The position numbers were made by a program, and so were the translations under genes. From NCBI GenBank assembly GCA_000995415.1, contig LCEX01000001.1, forward strand, positions 60 through 64,059: 64,000 nucleotides of DNA, given 5' to 3'. This DNA comes from Candidatus Gottesmanbacteria bacterium GW2011_GWC1_43_10 (GTDB lineage Bacteria > Patescibacteriota > Microgenomatia > UBA10105). The notes beneath the pieces were generated by a model. It did not search any database, had not been told where the DNA came from, and was given only the letters and a program-made list of their open reading frames with translations. Every line of letters begins with the position of its first letter. The first letter of the stretch is position 1. Positions 1 to 8,656 of the stretch are shown one piece after another.

Positions 1-9
1 AAAATTTCC

Positions 10-1029
10 GTGATTATAATCAATTTTAATGGCATTAGCGATACACGTGAGTGTCTTATGTCGCTCGCTCAGGCCAAGAAAAAAGGTTTTGAAATCGAGA
101 CCATTGTAGTAGATAACGGTTCAACTGATAATTCAGTTCGGGAAATTAAAAAAGAATTTCCTGAGACAATTTGTTTGGAAAACAGTGATAATTTGGGTTT
201 TGCTGAAGGTAACAATGTTGGCATCCGGTATGCTATAGAACGAGGAGCCGATTATTTATTCCTTTTAAATAATGACACAACTACCCACGAACATATATTT
301 ATCGAGCTTGCTAAAGCCGCTACAGATGCTCCAAGCGGGGGAATTTTTTGTCCAAAAATATATTTCGCGCGCGGATATGAAACACACACGGAAAGATACA
401 AACTTACCGACCAAGGTAAAATTATTTGGTATGCAGGAGGAGTCATTGATTGGAAAAACATGTTGGCCTTTCATAGAGGTGTAGACGAGATCGACAGTGG
501 ACAATACGATGTAATGACCAAAACTGTATACGGGACAGGATGCGCTTTGTTTGTGCGGCGTGGGGTATTTGAAAAGACGGGTCTTTTTGATCGAAAATTC
601 TATCTATATTATGAGGATTTAGACTTCTCACTACGGGCGCGGCAAAAAGGTTTTGAAATCTATTATGTTCCCAAAGCTCTCCTTTGGCACAAAAATGCCG
701 GAAGTGCGGGAGGTACGGGATCAGATCTGCAATCCTATTACATCACCCGTAACCGACTTTTGATCGGTATGCGCTATGCACCCTGGCGAACGAAACTAGC
801 ACTTCTTCGAGAAGCCACCAATCTGGTTATGGGAGGTACTCGGACGCAACGTCAAGCAGTGGGAGATTTTTTACGTAAAAAATATGGCAGCCGCGAGCTA
901 AGCAAGCTTTCCCAGAGTCGTTTTTCAATGCCCAAATTCCCAACGGGTATCAAAATGCCGCATCTACCCAAAATGCCCGATCTCCTTAAATACTTACCAA
1001 AAATAAAACCCAAAAGGAAAAATACATGA
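10..1029 (+). CDS. GT2-family glycosyltransferase (rhamnosyl/galactofuranosyl-transferase-like); GTG start at the window edge, the N-terminus may lie upstream
   Basis: Motifs IINFNG...IVVDNGSTDNS and later YYEDLDFSLRARQKGFEIYYVP are typical of GT2 (DxD/ED region). C-terminus has a K/P-rich tail. Overlaps the next gene by 4 nt (ATGA). Confidence 0.8.
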   Translation: MIIINFNGISDTRECLMSLAQAKKKGFEIETIVVDNGSTDNSVREIKKEFPETICLENSDNLGFAEGNNVGIRYAIERGADYLFLLNNDTTTHEHIFIELAKAATDAPSGGIFCPKIYFARGYETHTERYKLTDQGKIIWYAGGVIDWKNMLAFHRGVDEIDSGQYDVMTKTVYGTGCALFVRRGVFEKTGLFDRKFYLYYEDLDFSLRARQKGFEIYYVPKALLWHKNAGSAGGTGSDLQSYYITRNRLLIGMRYAPWRTKLALLREATNLVMGGTRTQRQAVGDFLRKKYGSRELSKLSQSRFSMPKFPTGIKMPHLPKMPDLLKYLPKIKPKRKNT

Positions 1030-1778
1030 CAAATCTAAGTTGTTTGATACTCGCAAAAAACGAAGCGGAAATGATCGGAGATTGTATAGAGTCTCTTCGT
1101 GCTTTGGAGCCGAAAGAAATCATCGTCATAGACGATAACTCGAGTGATGAAACTGTTTCAATTGCCCAGTACAAAAAGGCTACAGTAATTACCCATCAGA
1201 AAGAAAATTTTGCTGAAGCCCGCGATTTCGCCAAGTCTAAAGCTCGTGGCGAATGGTTGTTTTATATTGACAGTGATGAACGAATGATGCCGGAACTGGC
1301 TCAAGAAATAAAAACACTACTCACCAATAATCCTTTGTGGGACGCGGGAAGAATTAACCGAGTTAATTATTACTTAGGTAAACGTTGGCCAACTGTCGAA
1401 AAGATGGTGCGGTTGTTTCGAAAAACGAAACTCAAAGAATGGTACGGAAAACTCCACGAATCACCAGTAGTAAATGGGACCATTTATGATTTGTCTGGGT
1501 CAATCAAACACTACACACATCGGACACTTTCGGAAATGGTAGAAAATACAATTACGTGGTCAGAGATTGAAGCGAAATCGCGATTTGCCAATAATCATCC
1601 GCCTGTTTCTTGGTGGAGGATTCCGCGAGTCATGTTGCCTGTATTTTTTGACTATTATATTAAGCAAGGGGGATGGAAAGTGGGTACATTAGGTTTGATA
1701 GAAAGCATGTATCAAACATTTAGTATATTCATTACTTACGCCAGGCTTTGGGAATTACAACAGAAAGATAACGAGTAG
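1026..1778 (+). CDS. GT2-family glycosyltransferase
   Basis: N-terminal LILAKNEAEMIGDCIESL...IIVIDDNSSDETV is a GT2 signature. Translationally coupled to the upstream GT2. Confidence 0.8.
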   Translation: MTNLSCLILAKNEAEMIGDCIESLRALEPKEIIVIDDNSSDETVSIAQYKKATVITHQKENFAEARDFAKSKARGEWLFYIDSDERMMPELAQEIKTLLTNNPLWDAGRINRVNYYLGKRWPTVEKMVRLFRKTKLKEWYGKLHESPVVNGTIYDLSGSIKHYTHRTLSEMVENTITWSEIEAKSRFANNHPPVSWWRIPRVMLPVFFDYYIKQGGWKVGTLGLIESMYQTFSIFITYARLWELQQKDNE

Positions 1779-1862
1779 AATAGGTAGAATAAGTAAAAAA
1801 TTTTCTACTTTTGCTACTTTAGCTTGAGCTACGAAATGAAGTTTACCTTCGGATTATAGTTT

Positions 1863-1943
1863 CCTCCTCTTCAAAAGAGGAGGTTAGGAGGAGTTGCCTA
1901 AAGAGCAACTAACTCACCCTAACCCTCTCTTACGAAGAGAGGG
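1863..1943 (+). other. three consecutive short stem-loops in a 236-bp intergenic spacer (possible structured RNA or cis-regulatory element)
   Basis: CCTCCTCTT-caa-AAGAGGAGG at 1863-1883. AGTTGC-ctaaaga-GCAACT at 1892-1910. CCCTCTCTT-acg-AAGAGAGGG at 1923-1943. The first and third are near-copies of each other. No T-run follows any of them. Confidence 0.35.
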
Positions 1944-2014
1944 AATCAATAATCCAAAACTTAGATTTTAATTTCGTAAGTCAGGTTACTTTATCTATTT
2001 TTCCTAACTATATT

Positions 2015-3061
2015 ATGAATGTTGGTATTTACGATCCATATCTACACATTTTGGGTGGAGCCGAGCGGTATATTTTGAACATTGCTTGTTGTTTAAGCCA
2101 GGATCACAAAATCATTCTGTTTTCGGACAACGCCAAATTATTGCTTGAGGCAGAAAAAAAATTCGGCTTGAAACTCGGACAGATTGAAGTCCGAACCTGG
2201 CCAAAAGATCGGAGTGCACGTCAACATGAGTTGAAAGAATTTGACCAGTTTTTTTATGTGACGGACGGTAGCCTATTTTTTTCACCGGCGAAGCAAAATT
2301 TACTGATTATCCAATCTCCTGATCACATTCCGGCAAACAATTTGACTAACAAAATCAAATTTTTGTCCTGGAGAAAAATCATTTGTTATTCAGAATTTAT
2401 GGCTGAAATTATTAAAAAACGCTTAGGTAAAACTGCGCATACGCTATTTGTACCGGTAGCGCAAACGCAAAATTTACACACTGCTAAGGAAAATTTGCTT
2501 ATTTCCGTGGGCCGATTTTTCCCCCACTTACATAATAAAAAGCAAAAGGAAATGGTGGGGATTTTGAGAGCTTTATTAAAGCAAGAGACAATCAAAGTGA
2601 AGCTTTGTTTAGTGGGGTCGGTCGACCCTGACGGAGATGCATATTTTAAACAAGTTACTGAAGAGACAGCAGGTTTACCGGTAGAGATTTTGATAAAAGC
2701 AAGCGCTCAAACGCTCAACGCGCTTTTAGATCGAGCCAAAATCTATTGGCATGCCACCGGATACGGCGAAGATTTGGTCAAACATCCGGAGCGGGCAGAG
2801 CATTTTGGCGTTTCGACAATTGAAGCTATGGCCCACGGCGCCGTCCCGATCGTTTTTCCCGCAGGGGGACAACTGGAGATAGTAAACAATGGTCAAAACG
2901 GTTTCTGGTGGCGTACTCCTCAAGAGTTAATTAAATACACCCTAGAACTTTTGCAAAATGATAAATTACGCGAAAAATTAGCTCAAGCTGCCCAAAAAAG
3001 CAGTGCTAACTACTCCGAAGATAAATTTTGTGAAAAGCTCCATGAAATTCTTAAAAGCTAA
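2015..3061 (+). CDS. GT4-family (GT-B fold) glycosyltransferase
   Basis: C-terminal FGVSTIEAMAHGAVPIVFPAGGQLEIVNNGQNGF is the canonical GT4 E-x7-E nucleotide-sugar binding motif. Confidence 0.85.
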   Translation: MNVGIYDPYLHILGGAERYILNIACCLSQDHKIILFSDNAKLLLEAEKKFGLKLGQIEVRTWPKDRSARQHELKEFDQFFYVTDGSLFFSPAKQNLLIIQSPDHIPANNLTNKIKFLSWRKIICYSEFMAEIIKKRLGKTAHTLFVPVAQTQNLHTAKENLLISVGRFFPHLHNKKQKEMVGILRALLKQETIKVKLCLVGSVDPDGDAYFKQVTEETAGLPVEILIKASAQTLNALLDRAKIYWHATGYGEDLVKHPERAEHFGVSTIEAMAHGAVPIVFPAGGQLEIVNNGQNGFWWRTPQELIKYTLELLQNDKLREKLAQAAQKSSANYSEDKFCEKLHEILKS

Positions 3062-5306
3062 CCTTCATTTATTTATATTTATTTTGTTAATTGGCGGGTT
3101 TAGCTATCCGTTTATTTTTAGTGGTAAATTACCTATCCCCAGTGATGCTCTAGTTGGTTTATATCATCCCTGGCGGGATAGTTTGCAGGGGTCTTTTCCC
3201 AATGGATATCCTTACAAAAACCCGCTGATTACGGATCCAGTGCGGCAGCAGTATCCATATAGGATTTTGGCGATAAATGACTTGAAACAAGGTCAATTGC
3301 CCAAATGGAATCCTTACAATTTTTCCGGTACGCCACTTATGGCCAATATCCAAACTGCTGCTTTTTATCCCTTGAATATTTTATTTTGGCTGCTGCCGGA
3401 TGCAAGCGCTTGGTCGATACTGGTTTTACTTCAACCCATATTAGCCGGAGTCTTCATGTATCTATACCTTAAGAATTTGCGCTTGGTGGAGAGTGCGGCA
3501 GTTTTGGGGGGAATCAGCTTTGCTTTTTCCGGATTTATGGTGGCTTGGTTGACTTGGAATACTATCGGGCATGTTGCTTTGTGGTTACCTTTGATCTTGT
3601 TGGCCAAAGATAAGTTACTTGAAAAATTCAGGTGGCGCTGGGGATTAGTTTTGGTTTTTGCCGAGTCCGCGATGCTGCTAGCCGGACATTTGCAAACTGC
3701 CTTCTACGTAGTCGTATTTTCGACAATTTACCTGATTTTAAGAGCATGGCGACTCTCGAATACCAATTTGCGCGAAACTTGGCGGAAGTTAACGCCGTTT
3801 ATTTTTACTGCGTTGGCAGTTATGCTCTTGGTGAGCGGACAGTTCATCCCGACAGTCAGATTTATTTTGGCTTCCGCGCGCAATTTTGATCTACCTGATT
3901 GGCAGCGGCCGGAATGGTTTTTGCCGGTTGGGCATTTAATCCAATTTATCGCTCCGGATTTCTTCGGAAATCCGGCTACCGGTAATTATTGGGGGTATTG
4001 GAATTACGGCGAGTTTGTAGGATATATCGGAATATTACCTTTAATGCTAGGGATATTTGCCGGTCTGTTTCGCCGCGACAAAAAAACTTTATTTTATAGT
4101 TCGTGTTTAGTCAGTGCCTTGATTTTGGCACTGCCGACACCGCTAGCCAAAATCCCGTATCAACTCAATTTGCCGCTAATAGCGACACTGCAACCATCAC
4201 GGATAATCTTTTTGGTTGATTTTTGCTTTGCGGTATTAGCGGCGCTGGGAATGGATCATTTGTTAAAACAAAACCAAGCAACAGCAAGAAATCTGCAGCG
4301 GATTATCGTAGATCTGGCGCTTGTTTTCGGTTTCTTATGGTTATTTGTGATATTTGCTAGAAATTTGGGGGTTTCACCTGAAAAAGCACTTAAGCTCGTG
4401 ACTTCGAAACGGAATTTAGTTTTGCCTTCGGTTGTCTTTATAGCCGTAAGTGGATGCTTGTGGTTGCTTCATAGTGTAAAAAACCACGCGCGCCAAATCA
4501 TGGTTTTACTGTTGGTTGGCATCACCGCCTGGGAATTGTGGCACTTTGCCAACAAATTCACGCCGTTTACAGATCAAAATTTATTATTTCCGCAAGCCCC
4601 GACGCTTAATTTTCTCAAGGCCAACCTGGGCAACTACAGATTATTGACAACTGACCGGCGCATTTTGCCTCCCAACGTAACAACTTATTACCGACTGGCA
4701 AGCGTTGATGGATACGATCCTTTGTATCTGGCAAATTATGGAGAACTCATGGCTGCCTGGACGCGAAACTCACCCGACATCACTCCCGGCGCATTTAATA
4801 GGATATTGACGCCGGAAGATCCAAACACATTTTTTGCAGATTTGCTGGGAGTAAAATATGTGATTTCCTTAAAAGAAGAGACCGATCCGAAATTGAAGTT
4901 GGTGTTTCAGGAAGGCGAAACCCGCGTATATGAAAATACCCAAGTTTTCCCTCGCGCATTTTTAGCGGAAAAAGTTTACCAGTGGCCGAATCGGGAGACT
5001 CTGATTAAAGACATGTTTTTTAACCAGTCTCAACTCAGGAATGTGGCATTTACTACTGCCGATATTGAACTTCCAGCCAATCCGCTTGTTTCAGATGAGA
5101 CAGCCGAAATCGTAAGTTATTCGGAAAATAATATCATTATCAAAACCAAAACTACCCATGAGCGGTTATTGGTTTTGACTGATATTTACTATCCCGAGTG
5201 GCAGGCATTTATCGATGGCCAAAAAACCCAAATTTATCCGGTAGATTTAAGTTTACGGGGAATAGTTGTGTCGCAAGGCGAACATTTGATAGAATTGCAG
5301 ATTTGA
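3003..5306 (+). CDS. polytopic membrane protein, YfhO-like / GT-C-like; true start probably ATG at 3042
   Basis: More than 12 predicted TM helices. C-terminal YYPEWQAFIDGQKTQIYPVD resembles the YfhO-family C-terminal Y-P-G-W-x-A-x-VDG motif. Confidence 0.6.
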   Translation: MLTTPKINFVKSSMKFLKANLHLFIFILLIGGFSYPFIFSGKLPIPSDALVGLYHPWRDSLQGSFPNGYPYKNPLITDPVRQQYPYRILAINDLKQGQLPKWNPYNFSGTPLMANIQTAAFYPLNILFWLLPDASAWSILVLLQPILAGVFMYLYLKNLRLVESAAVLGGISFAFSGFMVAWLTWNTIGHVALWLPLILLAKDKLLEKFRWRWGLVLVFAESAMLLAGHLQTAFYVVVFSTIYLILRAWRLSNTNLRETWRKLTPFIFTALAVMLLVSGQFIPTVRFILASARNFDLPDWQRPEWFLPVGHLIQFIAPDFFGNPATGNYWGYWNYGEFVGYIGILPLMLGIFAGLFRRDKKTLFYSSCLVSALILALPTPLAKIPYQLNLPLIATLQPSRIIFLVDFCFAVLAALGMDHLLKQNQATARNLQRIIVDLALVFGFLWLFVIFARNLGVSPEKALKLVTSKRNLVLPSVVFIAVSGCLWLLHSVKNHARQIMVLLLVGITAWELWHFANKFTPFTDQNLLFPQAPTLNFLKANLGNYRLLTTDRRILPPNVTTYYRLASVDGYDPLYLANYGELMAAWTRNSPDITPGAFNRILTPEDPNTFFADLLGVKYVISLKEETDPKLKLVFQEGETRVYENTQVFPRAFLAEKVYQWPNRETLIKDMFFNQSQLRNVAFTTADIELPANPLVSDETAEIVSYSENNIIIKTKTTHERLLVLTDIYYPEWQAFIDGQKTQIYPVDLSLRGIVVSQGEHLIELQI

Positions 5307-5315
5307 AAGGCATGT

Positions 5316-5645
5316 ATGTCAAAAAAGAGAAACCAAACGCAGACGGATTTGCAAACAAAACTAATTGAGGAAGTATTAAGAGAAATACATGAGCGATGGC
5401 CCAAATTAAAACCGCAAAACTATAGGGGTTTTGCTAAAGCACTGAAAGCACTGGATGATAAATACAGTGGTTTATCGATAAGTAATGAAGGTGATGACCC
5501 TTTAGTATTGCAGAAGTTAAACACAATTAGAACTCTTCAAAATAGAGTAGATGCTGGCATCATGGATTTAGGAATCATGGGTGAAAGCTTAACTGGCGAA
5601 TGGTCGCGTAAACAGCGGCTCGGACCCGAAAAAAATAGATTTTAA
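5316..5645 (+). CDS. hypothetical small protein (109 aa), charged and helical
   Basis: Intact ORF 7 nt upstream of the nuclease gene on the same strand. No recognisable motif. Confidence 0.45.
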   Translation: MSKKRNQTQTDLQTKLIEEVLREIHERWPKLKPQNYRGFAKALKALDDKYSGLSISNEGDDPLVLQKLNTIRTLQNRVDAGIMDLGIMGESLTGEWSRKQRLGPEKNRF

Positions 5646-5652
5646 ATAGTTT

Positions 5653-6480
5653 ATGAAAGATAAATACACTGCAGTTTGGTTGTCACATTCTTCGATCAAA
5701 GATTATTTGAAGTGCCCGCAGGCATATTATTTAAATAATATTTATAGGAAGCCTGAAACTGGACACAAGATCATGTTGATGCAGCCGCCGTTGGCTCTGG
5801 GACAAGTAGTGCACGAAGTGATTGAAGAAATGTCAAAGCTACCGGCTGCCGAGAGACTACGTGAATCCCCCTTAAAGATTTATGAACGGTTGTGGAAAAA
5901 AGTGTCTGGCAAAATGGGTGGATTTCGAAGTCTGGATGAGGAAACAAAATATCAAAAACGCGGCCAAGAGATGGTCCAGCGGTTGATAGATAACCCCGGG
6001 CCGCTACTTAAAAAAATCATCAAAATCAGAGAAGAATTGCCTTACTTTTGGCTATCTGAAGAAGAAAATTTGATTTTATGCGGCAAGATTGATTGGTTGG
6101 AATACTTGCCCCAAACAGATAGTGTGCGGATTTTGGATTTCAAAACCGGAAAATTTGACGAGGATCCTGACTCATTGCAATTGCCGATTTACAATCTGTT
6201 AGTGACCAATTGCCAAAAGCGGTCGGTGACAGGAGCCAGTTATTGGTATTTGGATCGGGATGACGAACCAAGGCTAGTAAAATTGCCGGATTTGGATAGT
6301 TCGTATAAGCGAGTCATGGAAATCGCCCAAAAGATCGCCCTGGCAAGAAAACTTGAGCATTTCAAGTGCCGCCAGAAAGACGGTTGTCGTGCTTGTTTGC
6401 CTCTGGAGCGGATCGTTGCGGGCCAAGCCGAATACGTAGCCGTAGGCGAATACAAAAAAGACATTTATATCCTCAACTAG
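5653..6480 (+). CDS. PD-(D/E)XK nuclease superfamily protein, Cas4/RecB-exonuclease-like, with Fe-S cysteine cluster
   Basis: N-terminal Cys in KCPQAYYL. Motifs IDWLE and ILDFKTGK give the D...D/ExK core. C-terminal C-x5-C-x2-C (CRQKDGCRAC). The arrangement of one N-terminal and three C-terminal Cys matches Cas4/AddB-type 4Fe-4S nucleases. Confidence 0.6.
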   Translation: MKDKYTAVWLSHSSIKDYLKCPQAYYLNNIYRKPETGHKIMLMQPPLALGQVVHEVIEEMSKLPAAERLRESPLKIYERLWKKVSGKMGGFRSLDEETKYQKRGQEMVQRLIDNPGPLLKKIIKIREELPYFWLSEEENLILCGKIDWLEYLPQTDSVRILDFKTGKFDEDPDSLQLPIYNLLVTNCQKRSVTGASYWYLDRDDEPRLVKLPDLDSSYKRVMEIAQKIALARKLEHFKCRQKDGCRACLPLERIVAGQAEYVAVGEYKKDIYILN

Positions 6481-6503
6481 CTACACTAATTTATCCTCAA
6501 GAT

Positions 6504-6532
6504 TTGCCGCTTTTGATTAATTGTCCTATAAT
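6504..6532 (+). promoter_or_regulatory. sigma70-like promoter (TTGCCG -17 nt- TATAAT) for a leaderless transcript of the 6541 ORF
   Basis: TTGCCG at 6504-6509 and TATAAT at 6527-6532 with 17-nt spacing. The ATG at 6541 is only 8 nt downstream. Confidence 0.35.
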
Positions 6533-6540
6533 ACGGTCTG

Positions 6541-7017
6541 ATGATTGAGATATTACACAATTTACCGGATGCAGCTATAGCAGCTGTGGGGGTGGCAGGA
6601 CTTTTACCAGCATTCCTAACTACGTTTTTAGCAATAGGCAAAAAATATCCGATTGAAGATTTTGAAGTCACATCATTTGGTGATATGAAAGAACCACCAA
6701 GTACCATTCTTATAGATGAGGTTCCCGATTCAAACGTAATCTATATCCAATCTGGAGCTACAGTTACTTGTAGAATTGGCGGTGAGCCATTTATAATCCG
6801 AGACTGGCGGCCACGACCGGATAAACCTGGACGTCAGGGAACAAATGGCAACTGTTCAATTAATTCAGACAACAGAAGACCACTCAATGCTACCGAATCC
6901 GAATCACCCAAGCCTTTTCATAGTTTTCCTGGAGCTCTTCTTAAGTACACGAGTATGCCAAGAAGATTGATTTTAGACATCGCTAGTTATTTACAACCGC
7001 AACAGTCCTTACAGTGA
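6541..7017 (+). CDS. hypothetical protein with N-terminal TM anchor (158 aa)
   Basis: ORF with its own promoter-like sequence. Hydrophobic AAIAAVGVAGLLPAFLTTFLAIG segment. No known motif. Confidence 0.4.
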   Translation: MIEILHNLPDAAIAAVGVAGLLPAFLTTFLAIGKKYPIEDFEVTSFGDMKEPPSTILIDEVPDSNVIYIQSGATVTCRIGGEPFIIRDWRPRPDKPGRQGTNGNCSINSDNRRPLNATESESPKPFHSFPGALLKYTSMPRRLILDIASYLQPQQSLQ

Positions 7018-7041
7018 TTTGACAGTTTTTCCATACATTTT

Positions 7042-8490
7042 TTAGCGGACTTTTATCAAAACGTACTCTTTGTGTTGAGCCAGCAATTCATATTTTTGCG
7101 TCGGTATTTTATCCAGATCCATTTTCCATTTTTCGGAAAGCAATAAAAACGGCTTCGGGCCGTTGTCGATGAAATCCACTAAAGAATAACCCTCGCCGGC
7201 TACCAACGTTACCTGTTTTTGGGAGTAAAAGGTAGCGGACGGAAGAAAATAATCAGCGTAGAGATAAAGTTTTTCCGACCGGTTGCGCGCGGCCTGGGCT
7301 GTATAGGCTAAACCACTTATGTCTTGATCAAATAGTCTGACTTCATTTTTAAACTTGTAAATTTGAAAAAAAGCAAAACCAGCCAAAAAAATTGCGGTCA
7401 AAAAAGTCGATATTTGTTTTCGTTGATAGTTCGAGGAGAAATTCAAGATGCGTAGACCAAAGTAAAACATTTGAAACACAAAAAATGAGGTGAGCAAAGC
7501 CAGAAAAGGATAAAGGGGAAATAAATGCCAAATTTCGGTCTTATTGTTGGAAAGGAAACCAAATAGGAGAAAAATGATCAGCCCGTACAGGGGAACCAGT
7601 CGTTTTTCTTTACGGATAAAAATCACGCATCCAAAAAGGGCTATCAGAAACGGGTAATACCATTTGCGGACACCGAAATGTAAATATTGGAATGTGAGCG
7701 ATGATCCGAGGTCAAACCAATTGGGAGTGATGCGACCAAATGGACGCAATCCGACATAAAAAATATGTTTGATAAAATTTAAATGATACAAATAAGTGTT
7801 GGCGATAATCCAAGGCAAAATAAGAAGGGTCACTAAAAATATGCCCAATAAAATCCGCTTAAAAGAAATAACTTGCTTTTCGATCAGCCACTCAATAGTG
7901 ATAGGGATGAGGATACTCAACCCAACGAGCATTTTAGTCAGCAAAACAGCTGCCAGCGAAAAAACTAAGGGAATGAGAAGCAGCGGGTGGTATTTGAGTT
8001 TGATTGCAATATAAAAAGTCAGCAGGTAAAACATCAGAAAAACCGCGTCCAGATTGCCCGAGCGGGCTCTAAGCACAAACCAAACTGTAGATGCTAGGAT
8101 GAGACTAGCTCCTAGACCGATAGCCCGGTTAAACAGTTCCTTGCCGATAAAATATAGTAGAAGCAGTGAGAAAAAAGCTGATAAAGCTTCAGGCAGGCGA
8201 GCCGCAAACTCGTTGACGCCAAACAAAACAAAAGAAATTGCCATGAGTATAAATCCCAAGGGTGGATGTTCGTTGAAGCTTAAGCCGTTGAAAGTGAGTA
8301 CCAGCGGATTACCACGTTTTAGGATATTGAGTGCTACTTCTGCAAACCAGGCTTCATCAAAATCAACCAAACTGTAACTACCCAAGTTGTATAAAAATAG
8401 CGGCAGAAAAAGTGATAAAAAACTCACCACCAAAAGATCAATTTTATGTTTAATCAGTAAACTTGTGATTGTCTGATTAAATCTTTTCAT
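7042..8490 (-). CDS. ArnT/PMT-like GT-C glycosyltransferase (COG1807-like, GT39/GT83 family)
   Basis: LVDFDEAWFAEVALNILKRGNP...HPPLGF...GVNEFAARLPEALSAFFSLLLLYFIG follows the DEA-x-YA / KPPL / RLPSAL pattern of ArnT-family undecaprenyl-phosphate-sugar-dependent transferases. About 12 TM helices. Confidence 0.75.
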   Translation of the reverse strand: MKRFNQTITSLLIKHKIDLLVVSFLSLFLPLFLYNLGSYSLVDFDEAWFAEVALNILKRGNPLVLTFNGLSFNEHPPLGFILMAISFVLFGVNEFAARLPEALSAFFSLLLLYFIGKELFNRAIGLGASLILASTVWFVLRARSGNLDAVFLMFYLLTFYIAIKLKYHPLLLIPLVFSLAAVLLTKMLVGLSILIPITIEWLIEKQVISFKRILLGIFLVTLLILPWIIANTYLYHLNFIKHIFYVGLRPFGRITPNWFDLGSSLTFQYLHFGVRKWYYPFLIALFGCVIFIRKEKRLVPLYGLIIFLLFGFLSNNKTEIWHLFPLYPFLALLTSFFVFQMFYFGLRILNFSSNYQRKQISTFLTAIFLAGFAFFQIYKFKNEVRLFDQDISGLAYTAQAARNRSEKLYLYADYFLPSATFYSQKQVTLVAGEGYSLVDFIDNGPKPFLLLSEKWKMDLDKIPTQKYELLAQHKEYVLIKVR

Positions 8491-8656
8491 ACTTACCGCT
8501 AGGTCATTTCATCATGGTAAAAACGGTGGATGAAAATCACCATACTTATGGTGCTTACTGCCCAAGTTTTAAATTTAAGACTTTTTTCCAGAGATTTTTC
8601 ATGTGCAAGGAGGCTGATGGATTTTATTAATCAGGTAAGTATAGTATACTAAATTT

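Noticed and set aside
8491-8656. Divergent promoter region between the ArnT-like gene (minus) and the beta-propeller gene (+)
   Set aside because: It is AT-rich with a TATACT hexamer 7 nt before the 8657 ATG, but there is no convincing -35/-10 pair at proper spacing for either direction, so no promoter coordinates were called.
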